This document shows positions 42,349 to 54,162 of a DNA stretch of 64,000 bases, piece after piece. The stretch lies in NCBI RefSeq assembly GCF_009914755.1, contig NC_060930.1; one strand, 5' to 3'. A program made the translations under genes and the position numbers. Below the pieces are notes generated by a model that saw only the letters and a list, made by a program, of their open reading frames with translations, was not told where the DNA came from and searched no databases. The stretch comes from the human T2T-CHM13v2.0 reference genome, Homo sapiens. Each line of letters starts with the position of its first letter. The first letter of the stretch is position 1.

Positions 42349-43275
42349 ATGCTTTCCCTTAATCATGTACCTCTACTTCCAGCCAAATTAGACCACATTG
42401 ACCACGCTGAAATCACTTCAGATTCATTTCTGAAAACGTATCTTTTTTCTCCAAAGAAAGGAAACAGAGCTGGTCAAATTAGGAAAAAACAGACAAAAAC
42501 AACAAAACCCCTTGGTCAAGACCAATGGGCAATATCACACTGAATGGAAGTGAGAAATTCGTTTAACTCAAGCTTAAGTCTGAATTTTGCTCTGTGCAAT
42601 GAATAATCTGGCATTTCCCTATTTACAAGTGAGCTTCTGACAGGCACCCTAGCACAAAAAGCCCAAACCTGTCCCCTTTTTTTCATTTTATAATGAAAGC
42701 CAACACCACAGCTGTGGAAAGGGAAAGTAATTGTTAGTTAAAAACCCTTTTTAAGAATTAATTTTATTTAAAGATTGTTAAAAATCTGTGTATTTCAGAT
42801 TAAACTTAAAACATACCATATCTCACAGAATTTTGTGGAAGAAATGAAATAAATGAATATTCCTTGACATGAAACCCAGATCCTCCATGAGAAAAGAAAC
42901 ATGACTTGTGTTGCTCCTGGGTATAGTAATCTCAGCCTGATGGAAATCAAATTTCCTAGGAACTCAATCCATAATGAATTATTCTATTACCTGGGAAAGA
43001 AAGGGAAATAATCTATAGATATACATTTCAGAAGAAAAGCATACCATTAACTGATATATCTTCCCATCCTGATATGAGGTGATTAAAATAAACACAAAAT
43101 CTAATATCTGCATCAAATAATGAACTAATTTTAGAAATTATTACAAAAATTTTATTTTGTTCTTGTAGGCATACTAGAAATATTTGTTGAGTATCTACAA
43201 TATCCAAAATACCATTCCAGAGAAAGTCACATTTAAAAGGGATATAAGATAAAGTCCTTCCTAGTCTCAGCACAT

Positions 43276-43276
<1 letters not shown>

Positions 43277-43315
<39 letters not shown>

Positions 43316-43316
43316 A
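43277..43316. repeat. (CA)n microsatellite
   Basis: CA run of about 16 units plus an interrupted tail. Confidence 0.95.
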
Positions 43317-43809
43317 AATAAAAAGTATCAAAACCCCCAAGTAACTTTGACATATTGGAGAGAGATGTTTTCTGAATTCAGTATAATTTTTTCTTCTATA
43401 GAATATACATAAACAAATACAATTTGAAGGCTAAGTTCTGTGGTGGATACATTGGGTTAAATGTTATTTAATAGACATCCTGCATTTGCAAACAGATTTA
43501 AATAATTTGTAAAGTGCCCAAAGTGTCTACCTGTTAGCTTTAGTTTACATGGAATTCAATCATGTGCATGTAAAAGAGTTCCTAAAATGGTGGGAAAAAA
43601 AAAAAAACAAACAGCTCTCTTAAGTAGGTACCTATTTTCTTCTAAGAATTTCTGTAATTTTATTTAGGTAAGAATATCTCATTCTTGTAGCTCAGAAGTA
43701 AGTATAAGCTTATGTATAATTATCATAAGTTTTAAATGACTGAAACCCTGTTCAATAAACTGCAATTTGCATAAAAATTGCATGCAGGAGTGACTATCAA
43801 AATAAAAAT

Positions 43810-43970
43810 AACAGATAACCTTCTTTCAGTGCTTATTATGGGCTGACCCCTATGCTTATATGTATGCTGATCTCATGTAGTCATCAAAACAACCTCTTCA
43901 AGAAGGTATTCTATTTATTCCCACTTTTAACAAGTGGGAACTAGTAGCCTGAGTGTTTAAACATTATGAG
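43810..43970 (-). mobile_element. MIR fragment
   Basis: AGTGCTTATTATGGG...ATCTCATGTAGTCATCAAAACAACCTC...TTATTCCCACTTTTAACAAGTGGGAAC. Confidence 0.55.
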
Positions 43971-44599
43971 ATACTGCCTGCCTTCCAACCAAGATATGCA
44001 AACTAATATAATATGTCATTTTTAGGCACAACCTCAGCACATTTAAATAAAAAGTAGGTGTTCATTAAAAAAAAATTCTAGCTTTTTTTCTAGTACATAT
44101 AAGTAAAATCTTAGTTTAAATAGTAACTCCACCACATCCTATTCTATTTTACAATTCCCATTCCATGATCAACCAAGAAACACATATCCCTGGAAACAGT
44201 GTGACCACAGACCACCTTTTTCCTGACAATGGCAGCACCACCTGTCTAGTCTCCCAGCCTTGGGGAGCCCTCCTGCCTAGTTCCCCGGTATTTTTTCTTA
44301 CCTCCTATTGCTTGTCATCAACCTGGTTCATGCAGTCACAACCTTGTGGCCGGATCATCCCAGTAGTACACAACTTTCTGTGCATTTTCTTCTAATTATT
44401 GTTTCTCTCCCCAGATCTTAACTACCAAGCTTTATAAACGTAATCCACACGGGTTTTCTCCCATTTACTTCCTGCTCCCTGCACTCTGGTTCCTGCCCTC
44501 ATCTTTATTCTTTTGCAGACTCCTTTATGGTTGCTCTTCCTCCTCCTACCTTTATGTGCTTTCCAGGACCCATCTTGAACCTGCTCTCTCCCTACTCCA

Positions 44600-45080
44600 C
44601 ACCCTCCTTGACCCAGTTCATCCACATATGCCAGTAATGCCACAATCTCTCTCTCAACCCTGATCTCTCCCTTGAGCTCCCGACTTACATCCAACCTCTA
44701 CAAGACGCTCCGTCTGTATGTTTCACAGGCTCCTCACACTCATGATTTTCACCCAAGCTGACCCTGCTTCTTCTCCTGTGCTTCCTTCTCATGAATCCAA
44801 ATCACCCATACCACCCTTGATCTCCAGTCAGTAAATTCACCAGATTTTTCTCCCAAATAGTTCATGAAACCATCCCATCCTCTCTAAATGTACTAAGCTA
44901 CAGGTCCCAACAACCACCCTCATCTGGACTATTATGATAGCCTCCTAATGATTTCCCTGACTCAGTCCTGCCCCTAGGGACTCCATCCTCCACAATGCCA
45001 TTGGATTTTCCCTAACACATAAAGTCTGCTTATACCAACCCCTTGCCCAATTGCTACTGATGGCTCCCATCACCTGCCTG
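44600..45080 (+). mobile_element. L2 remnant
   Basis: C-rich decayed L2 blocks (CCCTGATCTCTCCCTTGAGCTCC.GACT.ACATCCAAC; CATCTGGACTATTATGATAGCCTCCTAATGATTTCCCTG). Confidence 0.6.
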
Positions 45081-45174
45081 TCTCAGCAACATCCCCACTA
45101 TTTCCCATGATACATTTTATATTTTCACAGAACCCAATTCACATAGGCCCTCCATGCTCTCTAGTTCTTTCATT

Positions 45175-45212
45175 GTTTTTTTTTTTTTGTGTGTGTGTGT
45201 GTGTGTGTGTGT
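45175..45212. repeat. Compound (T)n(TG)n microsatellite
   Basis: A T-run followed by about 12 TG units. Confidence 0.95.
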
Positions 45213-46724
45213 GATATTCTTCCTGCATGGAATTCCCTCCCCATTCTTTGCCAGTAATCACAGAGGTTAGAAATGGGTCCAGGGAAATTTTCCTGGAGAG
45301 GAAACACACCTTTCTAACAAAAGAAGCATGAAATGGAATACCAGACACAAAGTCCTGGGCTCCCAGCCTATGTCAGCCTGAGCTAATAGCCCCTGAAGAA
45401 TTATGGCTTCAACTGACCCTTTGCACTAACTATCTTGCTCTGAAAACCACCTTTTTATGTCCCCATTTTATTGCCACATTTCTAAATTCCCTGGGGGCAG
45501 ACCATGTTTTAGGCCATTTCACATTCCTGCTGTCCACCACAGTACAGCACTTTATACATGGTAAATATCTAATAATTTCCCAGTGATGTAACTGGACAAC
45601 ATCTATTAGACATCATCGTTATGAGAAAAAATGTGCTTTTGGATTTGCATAGAAGGCAAGATTTGATGGTTAAGATTTCACATCCTGGCCTGACTTCACA
45701 TACTTTAACTCATTGTGTCCCCACAGCAACCCTCTGAGATAGGTTTATCATTACCACCTCATGGACCAGGATGCTGATGCACAGAGTGGGCCTGAGGAAG
45801 CTCATCAAGAGAAAAGGTAGGCTGTGGAATCAAGTCACCTGACTCCAGAACCTCTGCACTACCCAGTGCTCAAGGGCCTGCCATGCAGGAACCAGGGTAA
45901 CAGCTGCCACCTGCTAGACACTTGCAATATTACTTGACAGTTTTAGCCTAAATTCCACTAGTTATAAAGCCCTCTAACTCTACCCCCCTCCAAAATATAC
46001 CTTCATCTCAAAAGAACAACATATATCACAAATGTGCACAATTAAAATTGTTTTATTTAAGTGTAGTTTCTGATGAAGGACTTAAGAATGTATTTATCCT
46101 CTTTCACATCTGACTGTCATAGTTACCAACTCTATCATGCAGGGAAGGATATAGAAACATTAAAAGAAAAACATTGATTGAACCCTTCAGTAGATTGTAG
46201 GAATAAGCTTTCATTACAGTGAGATTTAGAAGCAACAAAATATTTAATGTCCCATCAGGCTTATAAAAATGAATAGTTTCATATATATGGAAGGATAGTG
46301 ATTTGAAGAATTTACAATACACAGCCTCCATCTCCTGCACACCCGTGTTCCCCAGGGTGCCTGCTACCAGCCCAGGCAGCTGGGATACTCCAGCTTCATG
46401 CCCTCAGAGTCAAGCTGTTACTGCAGAAATGCAAAATGTCACTACTCAGGTTGGTTTTCTTAAATATTTCACACATGGAATATTATACATATAAAATGTC
46501 TGTATGAGCCATAAAAGGGTTATAATAAAATAAAGTACAATATGCCCAACTCAAAACTGGTCCAAACTCAGTTTTGAGGTTCAAAATACAATTTTGAATC
46601 TTTGGAAGAAACAATGGCCTTGTGAGGAAGGCTTTCAAGCTGTGATTGCATTGTTTGGGTCCTAGCTTAAATAATAACAGAAGCAAGCAATATGGTTATA
46701 ATAAGTTTGTTGGGAATCCTTCTC

Positions 46725-47178
46725 GCTCTTCCTTTCCAACTTAGGCCTGGCACCATGGCTCCCACAAAAAAAGGGTGGTGAGAAGAAGGGCTGTTCTGCC
46801 ATCAAAAGATGGTGACCCAAGACTACACCATCAATGACATTCACAAGCGCATCAGTGAAGTGGGCTTCAAGAAGCATGCCCCTCGGGCACTCCAAGAGAA
46901 CCAGAAATTTGCCATGAAGGAGATGGACACTCCAGATGTGTCCATTGATGCCAGGCTCAACAAAGCTGTCTGGGCCAAAGAAATAAGGAATATCTGATAC
47001 CATATCTGTGTTATTGTCTGGAAAACATAATGAGAATGAAGATTCACTAAACAAGCTCTATACGTTGGTTATCTATGTACCTGTTACCACTTTCAAAAAT
47101 CTACAGCCAATATGAATAAGAACCAGCTGCTGATCATCAAATACATCAAATAAAGTTTTAAAACTACCAAAAAAAAAA
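46725..47178 (+). pseudogene. RPL31P: Processed pseudogene of ribosomal protein L31 (eL31)
   Basis: 5'TOP-like CTCTTCCTTTCCAAC, then ATG at 46755. ORF 46809-46997 [56 protein letters not shown] matches RPL31 ([55 protein letters not shown]). Intronless, with frameshifts and a premature TGA at 46995-46997. AATAAA at 47149-47154 and poly(A) at 47169-47178. Confidence 0.96.
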
Positions 47179-47589
47179 GGTTTTTGTCCAGACTCAATAA
47201 AAATTCCATAAGACAAAGGAATCCTTGGAGCAGAATTATCAGGGCAGCAAGAATAAGACATAATGACACCTTCTTAGACAGCAACTTTGTTGCTCTGTCC
47301 CCATGCCCTTTGCTCCAGTGAGTGCAGTTATAGAATGCCCCAATAAGTTTGCAGGCCCATGAGTTCCTGTGTGGAACCCTGGAAGATGGCACCATTGACT
47401 GGGACAAGAAAAAGAGATAGAAGGAAAGCCTCAAGTGTACTGGGTTGTAACCTAAAATTACCATGTTTGCCTGACATTTTCTAAGATTTTATTTTCTATG
47501 GTAATGTGGATGGCAAATGGAGATAAGATGAAGTCAGAAAAATAAAGACAGTTTTGAATGTGACTAAGACATTTGCACTTATAACATTT

Positions 47590-48428
47590 TGAGTAGAAAA
47601 AAGACACACTGTTTTTCCTCTGCTCTCACACCACAACAATCATCACAGACAACTTCTGTGACCAAATGTGTGTAGGTTTTTCCACACACACCAAGCAAGC
47701 AATCAGTTCTGCAATGGCCACAGCTGGGTATCCTCTAACTGTTCAATTCTGACACTATCTACCTAGAGATAGTGTCAGATCCCACAGGCTGAGGGCTCAG
47801 TCCCCAAGACTGCCGCCCGCTTTTTAGATGCCAATCACAAGAGGTTGTTTTATCTGTAATTCTGACCAATTGTCTATAAATTAGAGGTGGCACAACCCTC
47901 TCTTTGGATTTATTAATTTGCTAGAGCAGTTGACAGAACCCAGAGAGATACACTTACATTTACCAGTTTATTATAAAGGCTGTTACCAACAATGCTAATG
48001 AAGAAATGCATAGGATAAGGTATGGAGCAAGGGGCCTGGAGTTTCCATGTCCTCCTTCGGTGCACTGCCTTCCAGGAACCCCTACATGTTCAGCTGTCCT
48101 GGAAGCTCTCCAAAACCTGTCCTTTTGGGTTTTTATGGAGGCTTCATTGCATAGACATAATTGATTACATCACTGGCCATTGGTGATCACGTTAAATTTG
48201 AGCCCTTCTCCCCTCCCTGGAGGTTGGGTAGAGGGGCTGAAAGTCCCAAACCTCCATTCCTGCCTTCCTTTCTGTGACTAGAAGCCATCCTGAAGTTACC
48301 TAGAGACTGCCAACCATCAGTCAACTTACTAGTATACAAAAATACATCACTTTGGAGATTCTAAGGCTTTTTTAAGACTTGTATATCAGGAAATGGGGAC
48401 TAAGACCAAATATACATTTTATATTACA
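47590..48428 (-). mobile_element. MER21-family LTR
   Basis: CTTCTGTGACCAAATGTGTG, CAATTCTGACACTATCTACCT.GAGATAGTGTCAGATCCCACAGG.TGAGGGCTCAGTCCC and TTTTGGGTTTTTATGGAGGCTTCATT are characteristic MER21 blocks. Confidence 0.85.
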
Positions 48429-49699
48429 AATATAGGTTGGAACATTTTTTTTGAATTTCACTATAGTGGCATATACAAACCACTAGGGAACAGTATATCA
48501 AGTAGTATATGTAATGGATCCAGCTAATGGAGCAAATCAATCTAAGTATCTCCACTTTTGTTAATGCAAAGCATTTTTCTGGAAAAGGAGTTAAGAGTTG
48601 GTTTGTTAATCGACTTGTGAGCACTATGAATATGGAAAGTTGGGATTATCTACTCTTCAACTTTTGCAAAAACAACTTCTGCAAATAAACTTTTGCAAAT
48701 AAAAAAATTAGGATAATCTTTGAAGTGTTGCTATCCTCTGCTCAGGAGAGGAATTAAGCATATTGGGTAGATTCTCTGAGGCCAGTCAGTGGTATTTACC
48801 CCTGACAGCTATCAGAAGAAAGATGTGAAACCTTCCTCCGTTCCAAACATTGTGGGATCTTTGTTGCCCCTTTTGAACCAATATTATTCTTTCCACTTTG
48901 AAGACAATTTAAGATTCCCAACTTCTTACAAAACCATGAAAAACACAAAAGGGGAAGCACAGATGCTAAGCTTTCTAGCCAATCCTCCTCTACACAAAGA
49001 TCATGCACACAATGTGAAGCTTCAGATACTGAATGGTCAACTATTACATGATTTTGCCCTCCAATAGATGGTTTCTAGAGCCCTCAGATACCAACCAGTT
49101 TCTCTTTTAAAAAAGGATGTTATTATGTGCAATTGTGTAGATACTATGTGCCTGTTTAAATGCATTGTCATTACAGATTTCTGAATCTCAGGCCCTCGTG
49201 GCTTCACTTTGTAATGCAAGTGTGGCAAAGTACAAAGAGTTTGTGGGTTTTGGAATCAGAGAAATTGGAGCTGAAATCTGAGGAAGCCACTAAATTTCTG
49301 TGTTGTCTGGCAGGGAGGTAGGGCTGAGAGTGTCTGTTAATGATTGCTTGTTTTAAGGATGAGAGGCAATGTTTGTAAAGCTCCTATAATGTATTACTAT
49401 TTAAATTCTATGATTATTCAGTTATTACAGCCCTTGCTTTGAACAAAACACTCTTAATTTTGTTGGTACTTCTCAGTCTTTTCCACACAAAGACTGATAA
49501 TGGGCGAGGAAAGTAAATATCATCCTCAAGAAACAGGAGAAAGTTTCCATAACAGATTTCTTTGTAATCTTATGGTTGACCTTATATATTTGCATTAATG
49601 TGATGATTAACTCCATTCCCTTCTGCTACTGAAGAACACTGAGGTCTACAGAGGCTTGTTAACTTGCTCAAGGTTACATACTACATGATAATCTGATAG

Positions 49700-50152
49700 G
49701 GAAGCCACCCTCACGTATCATCTTACATCTTTTTATTAATATCTGACTCATTTTAATTGAAATAAATTAAAATTTAACAGGAAATTATATATCACAACAA
49801 TAAAGAAAAACCAGTATCACTTGCCGTAAATAGAAGGTAGCCAAAAAATAAATAAACTCTATGAAAAACAAACAATATTATGACATTCTGGGTGGATACA
49901 GTTGTCTGTTAAAGACTCTAAGCCCCAAGATCAATTAAAATAAAGCCTTAGCAAAGTTAGGGACACATTAATAACATGTTAGAACCAAGTAAGAATTTCC
50001 TCTTGTCATTATCAGAAGAATTGGAAAAAAATTATAAAGAGGAATAACATTCTCATATGCAATTGAATGTAACTGAGTGCTGGGTCCATGTAATACTTAA
50101 AATCAATCCCTGCACCAGCTAAAGTTGTCTGCAAACTCTACAGTTTGAGAAA
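49700..50152. mobile_element. hAT-Charlie remnant (MER113-like)
   Basis: AACCAGTATCACTTGCCGTAAATAGAAGGTA..., AAACAATATTAT...GATACAGTTGTCTG and the terminal CAGTTTGAGAAA resemble the remembered consensus. Confidence 0.5.
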
Positions 50153-50189
50153 GATACTTCTTTGCTCTCCAATGCTTCAGGACAGGATA

Positions 50190-50430
50190 TACATAGATGA
50201 CTAAGACCTGGTCATTGCCCTAGAGAAGCTTACGCTTTAGAAAGGATGACAGATGTACAGCACAAATTTCAATACAGTGTTGTGAGTGCTTTGACAGACA
50301 TAAACACATGATATTATGAGAGCAGAAGCAAAGTTGTTGGGGGTAGGGGGGAGGTGTCAAGAAATAACCCTCGCAGAGATGTCTGAGCCAAGTTTTAAAA
50401 GAGAAATAGAAGCCTGCCAGGCAAAGAAAA
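50190..50430 (-). mobile_element. L2 remnant
   Basis: GATGACTAAGACCTGGTCATTGCCCT.GAGAAGCTTAC...AATTTCAATACAGTG...GAGATGTCTGAGCCAAGTTTTAAAAGA. Confidence 0.5.
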
Positions 50431-52602
50431 GCACTCATTAACTGCTCAAAAAGGAAGATCAGTTACTCCATCCACATGGCTACACAAGAAAAATACACAT
50501 CATCAATCCCTGTGAAACCAGCATGAGAATCAATCCTGAAGGAGCGTGTCTCTGGCGCTTTTGATGAAAAGTGGAGTAGGGATCTCAGGGGGAAAGATGA
50601 AAGATCAGAGAGACCTCTAGGTATAAGAACCTTGTCTCTCCACACCATTCATCCACTCAAACTATTTTTATTGGACACAACTGAAAGAAACATTGTTGGC
50701 AAATAAAATATCTACCACAACGTTCTGGACTTCGTGCTGCATACATGCTCGATCTTTGACCTGTACAGCACAAATCCATATTTGAGTGGTTAAGGGGCTT
50801 TATAAGACGAGCGCTTGTTGTGAATGAAACTTTGGTGATTACATCAGCTGCACTAACCCAGAACAGCTGACAACCACTGCCAATATCATGTGTTCAGCAA
50901 TCAGCAACATCTTTGGTACAGATGTCAGGGAAACCATAGTGCCAATTATGTTGTAATGAAGAGAGTAGAGAATCTGGCTAGGGAATACTCATTTCATGTC
51001 TTCTTTGAAAAAGCAAACCTTAAAAGAGGGCAATATACAATATATACTGTGCATCCTGTCACACTTTTTGGCTTCAGCTGTGCTCCTTTTGACTCCGTGG
51101 ATTGTTGAACTTTCTGATCTTAGAGTTGGGATGGTATAAGCTAAAGGGTTTTGGCACACACAAAACTCACTACATTCTTGAATGCTCAAGACAGCTTTAC
51201 AATGTCTTAAGCTACATCTGAGCAAACCTGTTTCTTACTAATACTGTCAGTGTTTTTCAACATTCTCTCTACAAAAGATAAAATTTTTAAAAATCTTTTG
51301 TTAAGGCTCAGTTAATCAGAACCCATCTAAACTTAACAGTTGAATGATCTTGTGTTCCACTTTTTACAAAATAATTTAGAAAATAAAGAGTAAAAGACAA
51401 TCTTTTATAGAAAAATAGGCAATGTATCCCTGGGGTCAATGAAGACTTAAGTCCTTCTCTCTCATTTCTGGAATGGTAGTACTGTGCAATGCATTCATTG
51501 TTTTTCCAGTAAATATTTACTGAGCATCTATTGTATGCAAGGAACTATTCCCAATGACAGTCAATGTCCAAAACTGTAAGCCTCGGGCACAATAGCATTC
51601 TCAGTCATTAGAGAAAAGTTATATTATGCTTCCTATATTGAAATTAATAAGGTTAAAAAAAAAGTTCCAAAATTTTCATCAACAAGGTAGGAAATAAAAT
51701 AGATTTATTATCAAGTCTTTATTATTCAGATAATTCCATTACAATCACCTCTCTCCTCCCCCAACTATACCATTTAGTAACCCTTTTGGTAGTTTCAAGG
51801 CTTTTTAAAATTTGAATAACTCTATGGATCAAAGGGCATTAGAGTAAGCAAAAAATTTGAGTTTCTGGCCAAAATATATAAGTGCAAAACTATAGAAGAA
51901 TGAAGAAGAAAGGAATTGCTACCAGGGAGATCTTTGGATCATGAAGGTGATGCACCTTCAAGGGGCTGTGTAAATTTAGACGCCAAGTACACTATTGCTT
52001 CCAGAAACTGCTTCCAATAGAAAATTTTATAGGCATTTGAAAGCCTCATGGGTGAGTACCTGAAAATATCACAGTTGGTCAAAAAACATATGTGTTTCAA
52101 CTTTTTCTAACTTGCTTTGGTGTTAGCTTATAAAAACTCATAGGTGTATATTGGACTCATTAAATTGAGGGACTTGTAAGCACCAGCTCGATCAAGGCAG
52201 AGTGCTGACAGGCATTATACATTATGCAAGCTTCCCCACATCACTCTGCCAATATGCTTCCATTTTAATCCGAAACATTCCCAGCTTGTCAAATACTAGG
52301 CATCCCTGGAACACATAAAACCAATCATGCCACCTCATGCAGAGGTTCTCTGATGTGGACAGATTTCCACTAGAGACTGTAAGGAACCTCAACCACATTT
52401 TCACATGTTACTTCAAATCGATCCAAACTTCTCTCTTCACAGTTAATATAATCACCATAGTGACTGCAGGAAAAGTAGGTAGAAGAAGAGTCCAAAGCAT
52501 GCTGGCTTAACAGTTGTCAAATACCAGATTTATCATTGAATAAAATTGTGAATATTCATGAATCGGCTAAAGACATTTCTTTTAAGAATGCATTGGGGGT
52601 GA

Positions 52603-52748
52603 ATATATACATATATATACATATATATATACATACATATATACATATATATACACATATACATATATACATATATATATATACACATATACATATATAC
52701 ATATATATATATATACACATATACACATATATATATACACATATACAC
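52603..52748. repeat. Compound (TA)n/(TACA)n low-complexity tandem repeat
   Basis: About 145 bp of alternating purine-pyrimidine ATATATAC/ACATAT units. Confidence 0.95.
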
Positions 52749-53578
52749 TTTTCAAAATTAGAATCTTCTAGGACTGTTAAGATCAGATTTAAGATGAATA
52801 CAAAAAGATACTTTCAAATATCCAAATTTTCTAAAGGGGCCACAGAGAGGGCTCATATAATATATTTTACAATTTCATATTGACAAATTGGTAAGTCAAG
52901 AAACTCGGCATCTTTGTAGCAAGATAGTGGACAGATGCATAGAAGAATCATGACTCTAATTGTTTTACAAAGTCAATAAGACTAAGCCTTTCTAACAGAG
53001 CTAATATGTCAAGGAAGAGAGAGATAAGAATTGGAAATCTTATGGAAAATAGCCAGGCAGGAAATACAAAGGGAAGCATGTTAAATTATAATTGAAAATC
53101 ATATGAGTAAACTTTGTTCTAAAACATATGTGGTGCTGGAAGCAAGACACCCAGGAAGAGTGATTGTGAGCTATAAATAAAAGATTTATGACAACCTGAA
53201 CTATAAAAGCCTCGTAGGGTGGTGAATTCCTCATGATGGAATGGGAGCTGTATCCAAACCTGGTGAGAAGAAGTCAGGGGAAGAGCTCTGAATTCAGCAG
53301 AGGACCCAAAAGAGTGATAAAGCAGAAAAAGTAATCATGTGCTTCCTTCAATAAAAATAAAAGAGAAAAATGCTACAAAAAATAAAATCAATTTGACTAA
53401 TATCTAGAAGAAGTTCAGGGGGTATTTAATAGTCAAGCTATATCTGAAAATGTACTCATTTATGCCACTTTTTATAGGTGTTTAGTGTAGATGAGTCTTT
53501 GGGTTAGGGAGCCTAAGAGATAGATACATTAATGGAAAGTTAAGTAAAATGCTTGGGTTGTCCAGGGGAAGAATTATA

Positions 53579-53681
53579 CAGGTCAGAATTAGTGATATAA
53601 GAATCTGAAATCCAAAATGCTCCAAAATCTGAAAGTTTTTAAGCACCAACATGATGCCACAGTGGAAAATTTTACACCTGA
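53579..53681 (+). mobile_element. Tigger4a/MER46-like DNA transposon, left half only
   Basis: TA|CAGGT start, then AATCTGAAATCCAAAATGCTCCAAAATCTGAAA.TTTTT.AGCACC.ACATGATGCCACAGTGGAAAATT..ACACCTGA. Confidence 0.8.
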
Positions 53682-53842
53682 TGTATAAGTCTGTTCTCAC
53701 ACTGCTAATAAAGACATACTGGAGACTGGGTAATTATAAAGGAAAGAGATTTAATGGACTCACTGTTCCCCATGGCTGGGGAGGCCTCACAATCATGGCA
53801 AAAGGCAAAGAAGAAGCAAAGGCACATCTTACATGGCAGCAG
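53682..53842 (-). mobile_element. THE1 (THE1C-like) LTR, truncated half
   Basis: TGTATAAGTCTGTTCTCACACTGCTAATAAAGACATAC...GGGGAGGCCTCACAATCATGGC..., ending abruptly at CATGGCAGCAG. Confidence 0.88.
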
Positions 53843-54162
53843 TTTACAAATGAAACAGCAACATTCAGAAGTTACCCAATATGCTCTAAAAAGGGGAGAA
53901 ACCCTCAATTGCCCACCCCTTTCCCAGAAAATTCATAAATAACTCACCCCTTGTTTAACTTATAATCAAGAAATAACTACAAGTATAATCAGCTGAGCAG
54001 CCCACGCCACTGCTCTGCCTATAGAGTAACCATTGTTTCATTCCTTCACTTTCTGAATAAACTTGCTTTCAATTTACCCTAAGGACATGCCCAAAATTAT
54101 TTCTTATGTGAGGTTTAAGAACTTTCTCTTGGGGTCTAGATTGGGACCCCTTTCCAGTAACA
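53840..54162 (+). mobile_element. MER41 (MER41B-like) ERV1 LTR, 3' half
   Basis: CAGTTTACAAATG...GAAGTTACCC.ATATG.TCTAAAAAGGGGAG...AATAAACTTGCTTTCA...CTCTTGGGGTCTAGATTGGGACCCCTTTCCAGTAACA terminus. Confidence 0.88.

Noticed and set aside
47749-47779. Hairpin CTGACACTATCT...AGATAGTGTCAG
   Set aside because: It is part of the MER21 LTR sequence as I recall it, not locus-specific.
52533-52883. His/Ile/Tyr-rich ORFs
   Set aside because: Translation of the (TA)/(TACA) microsatellite.
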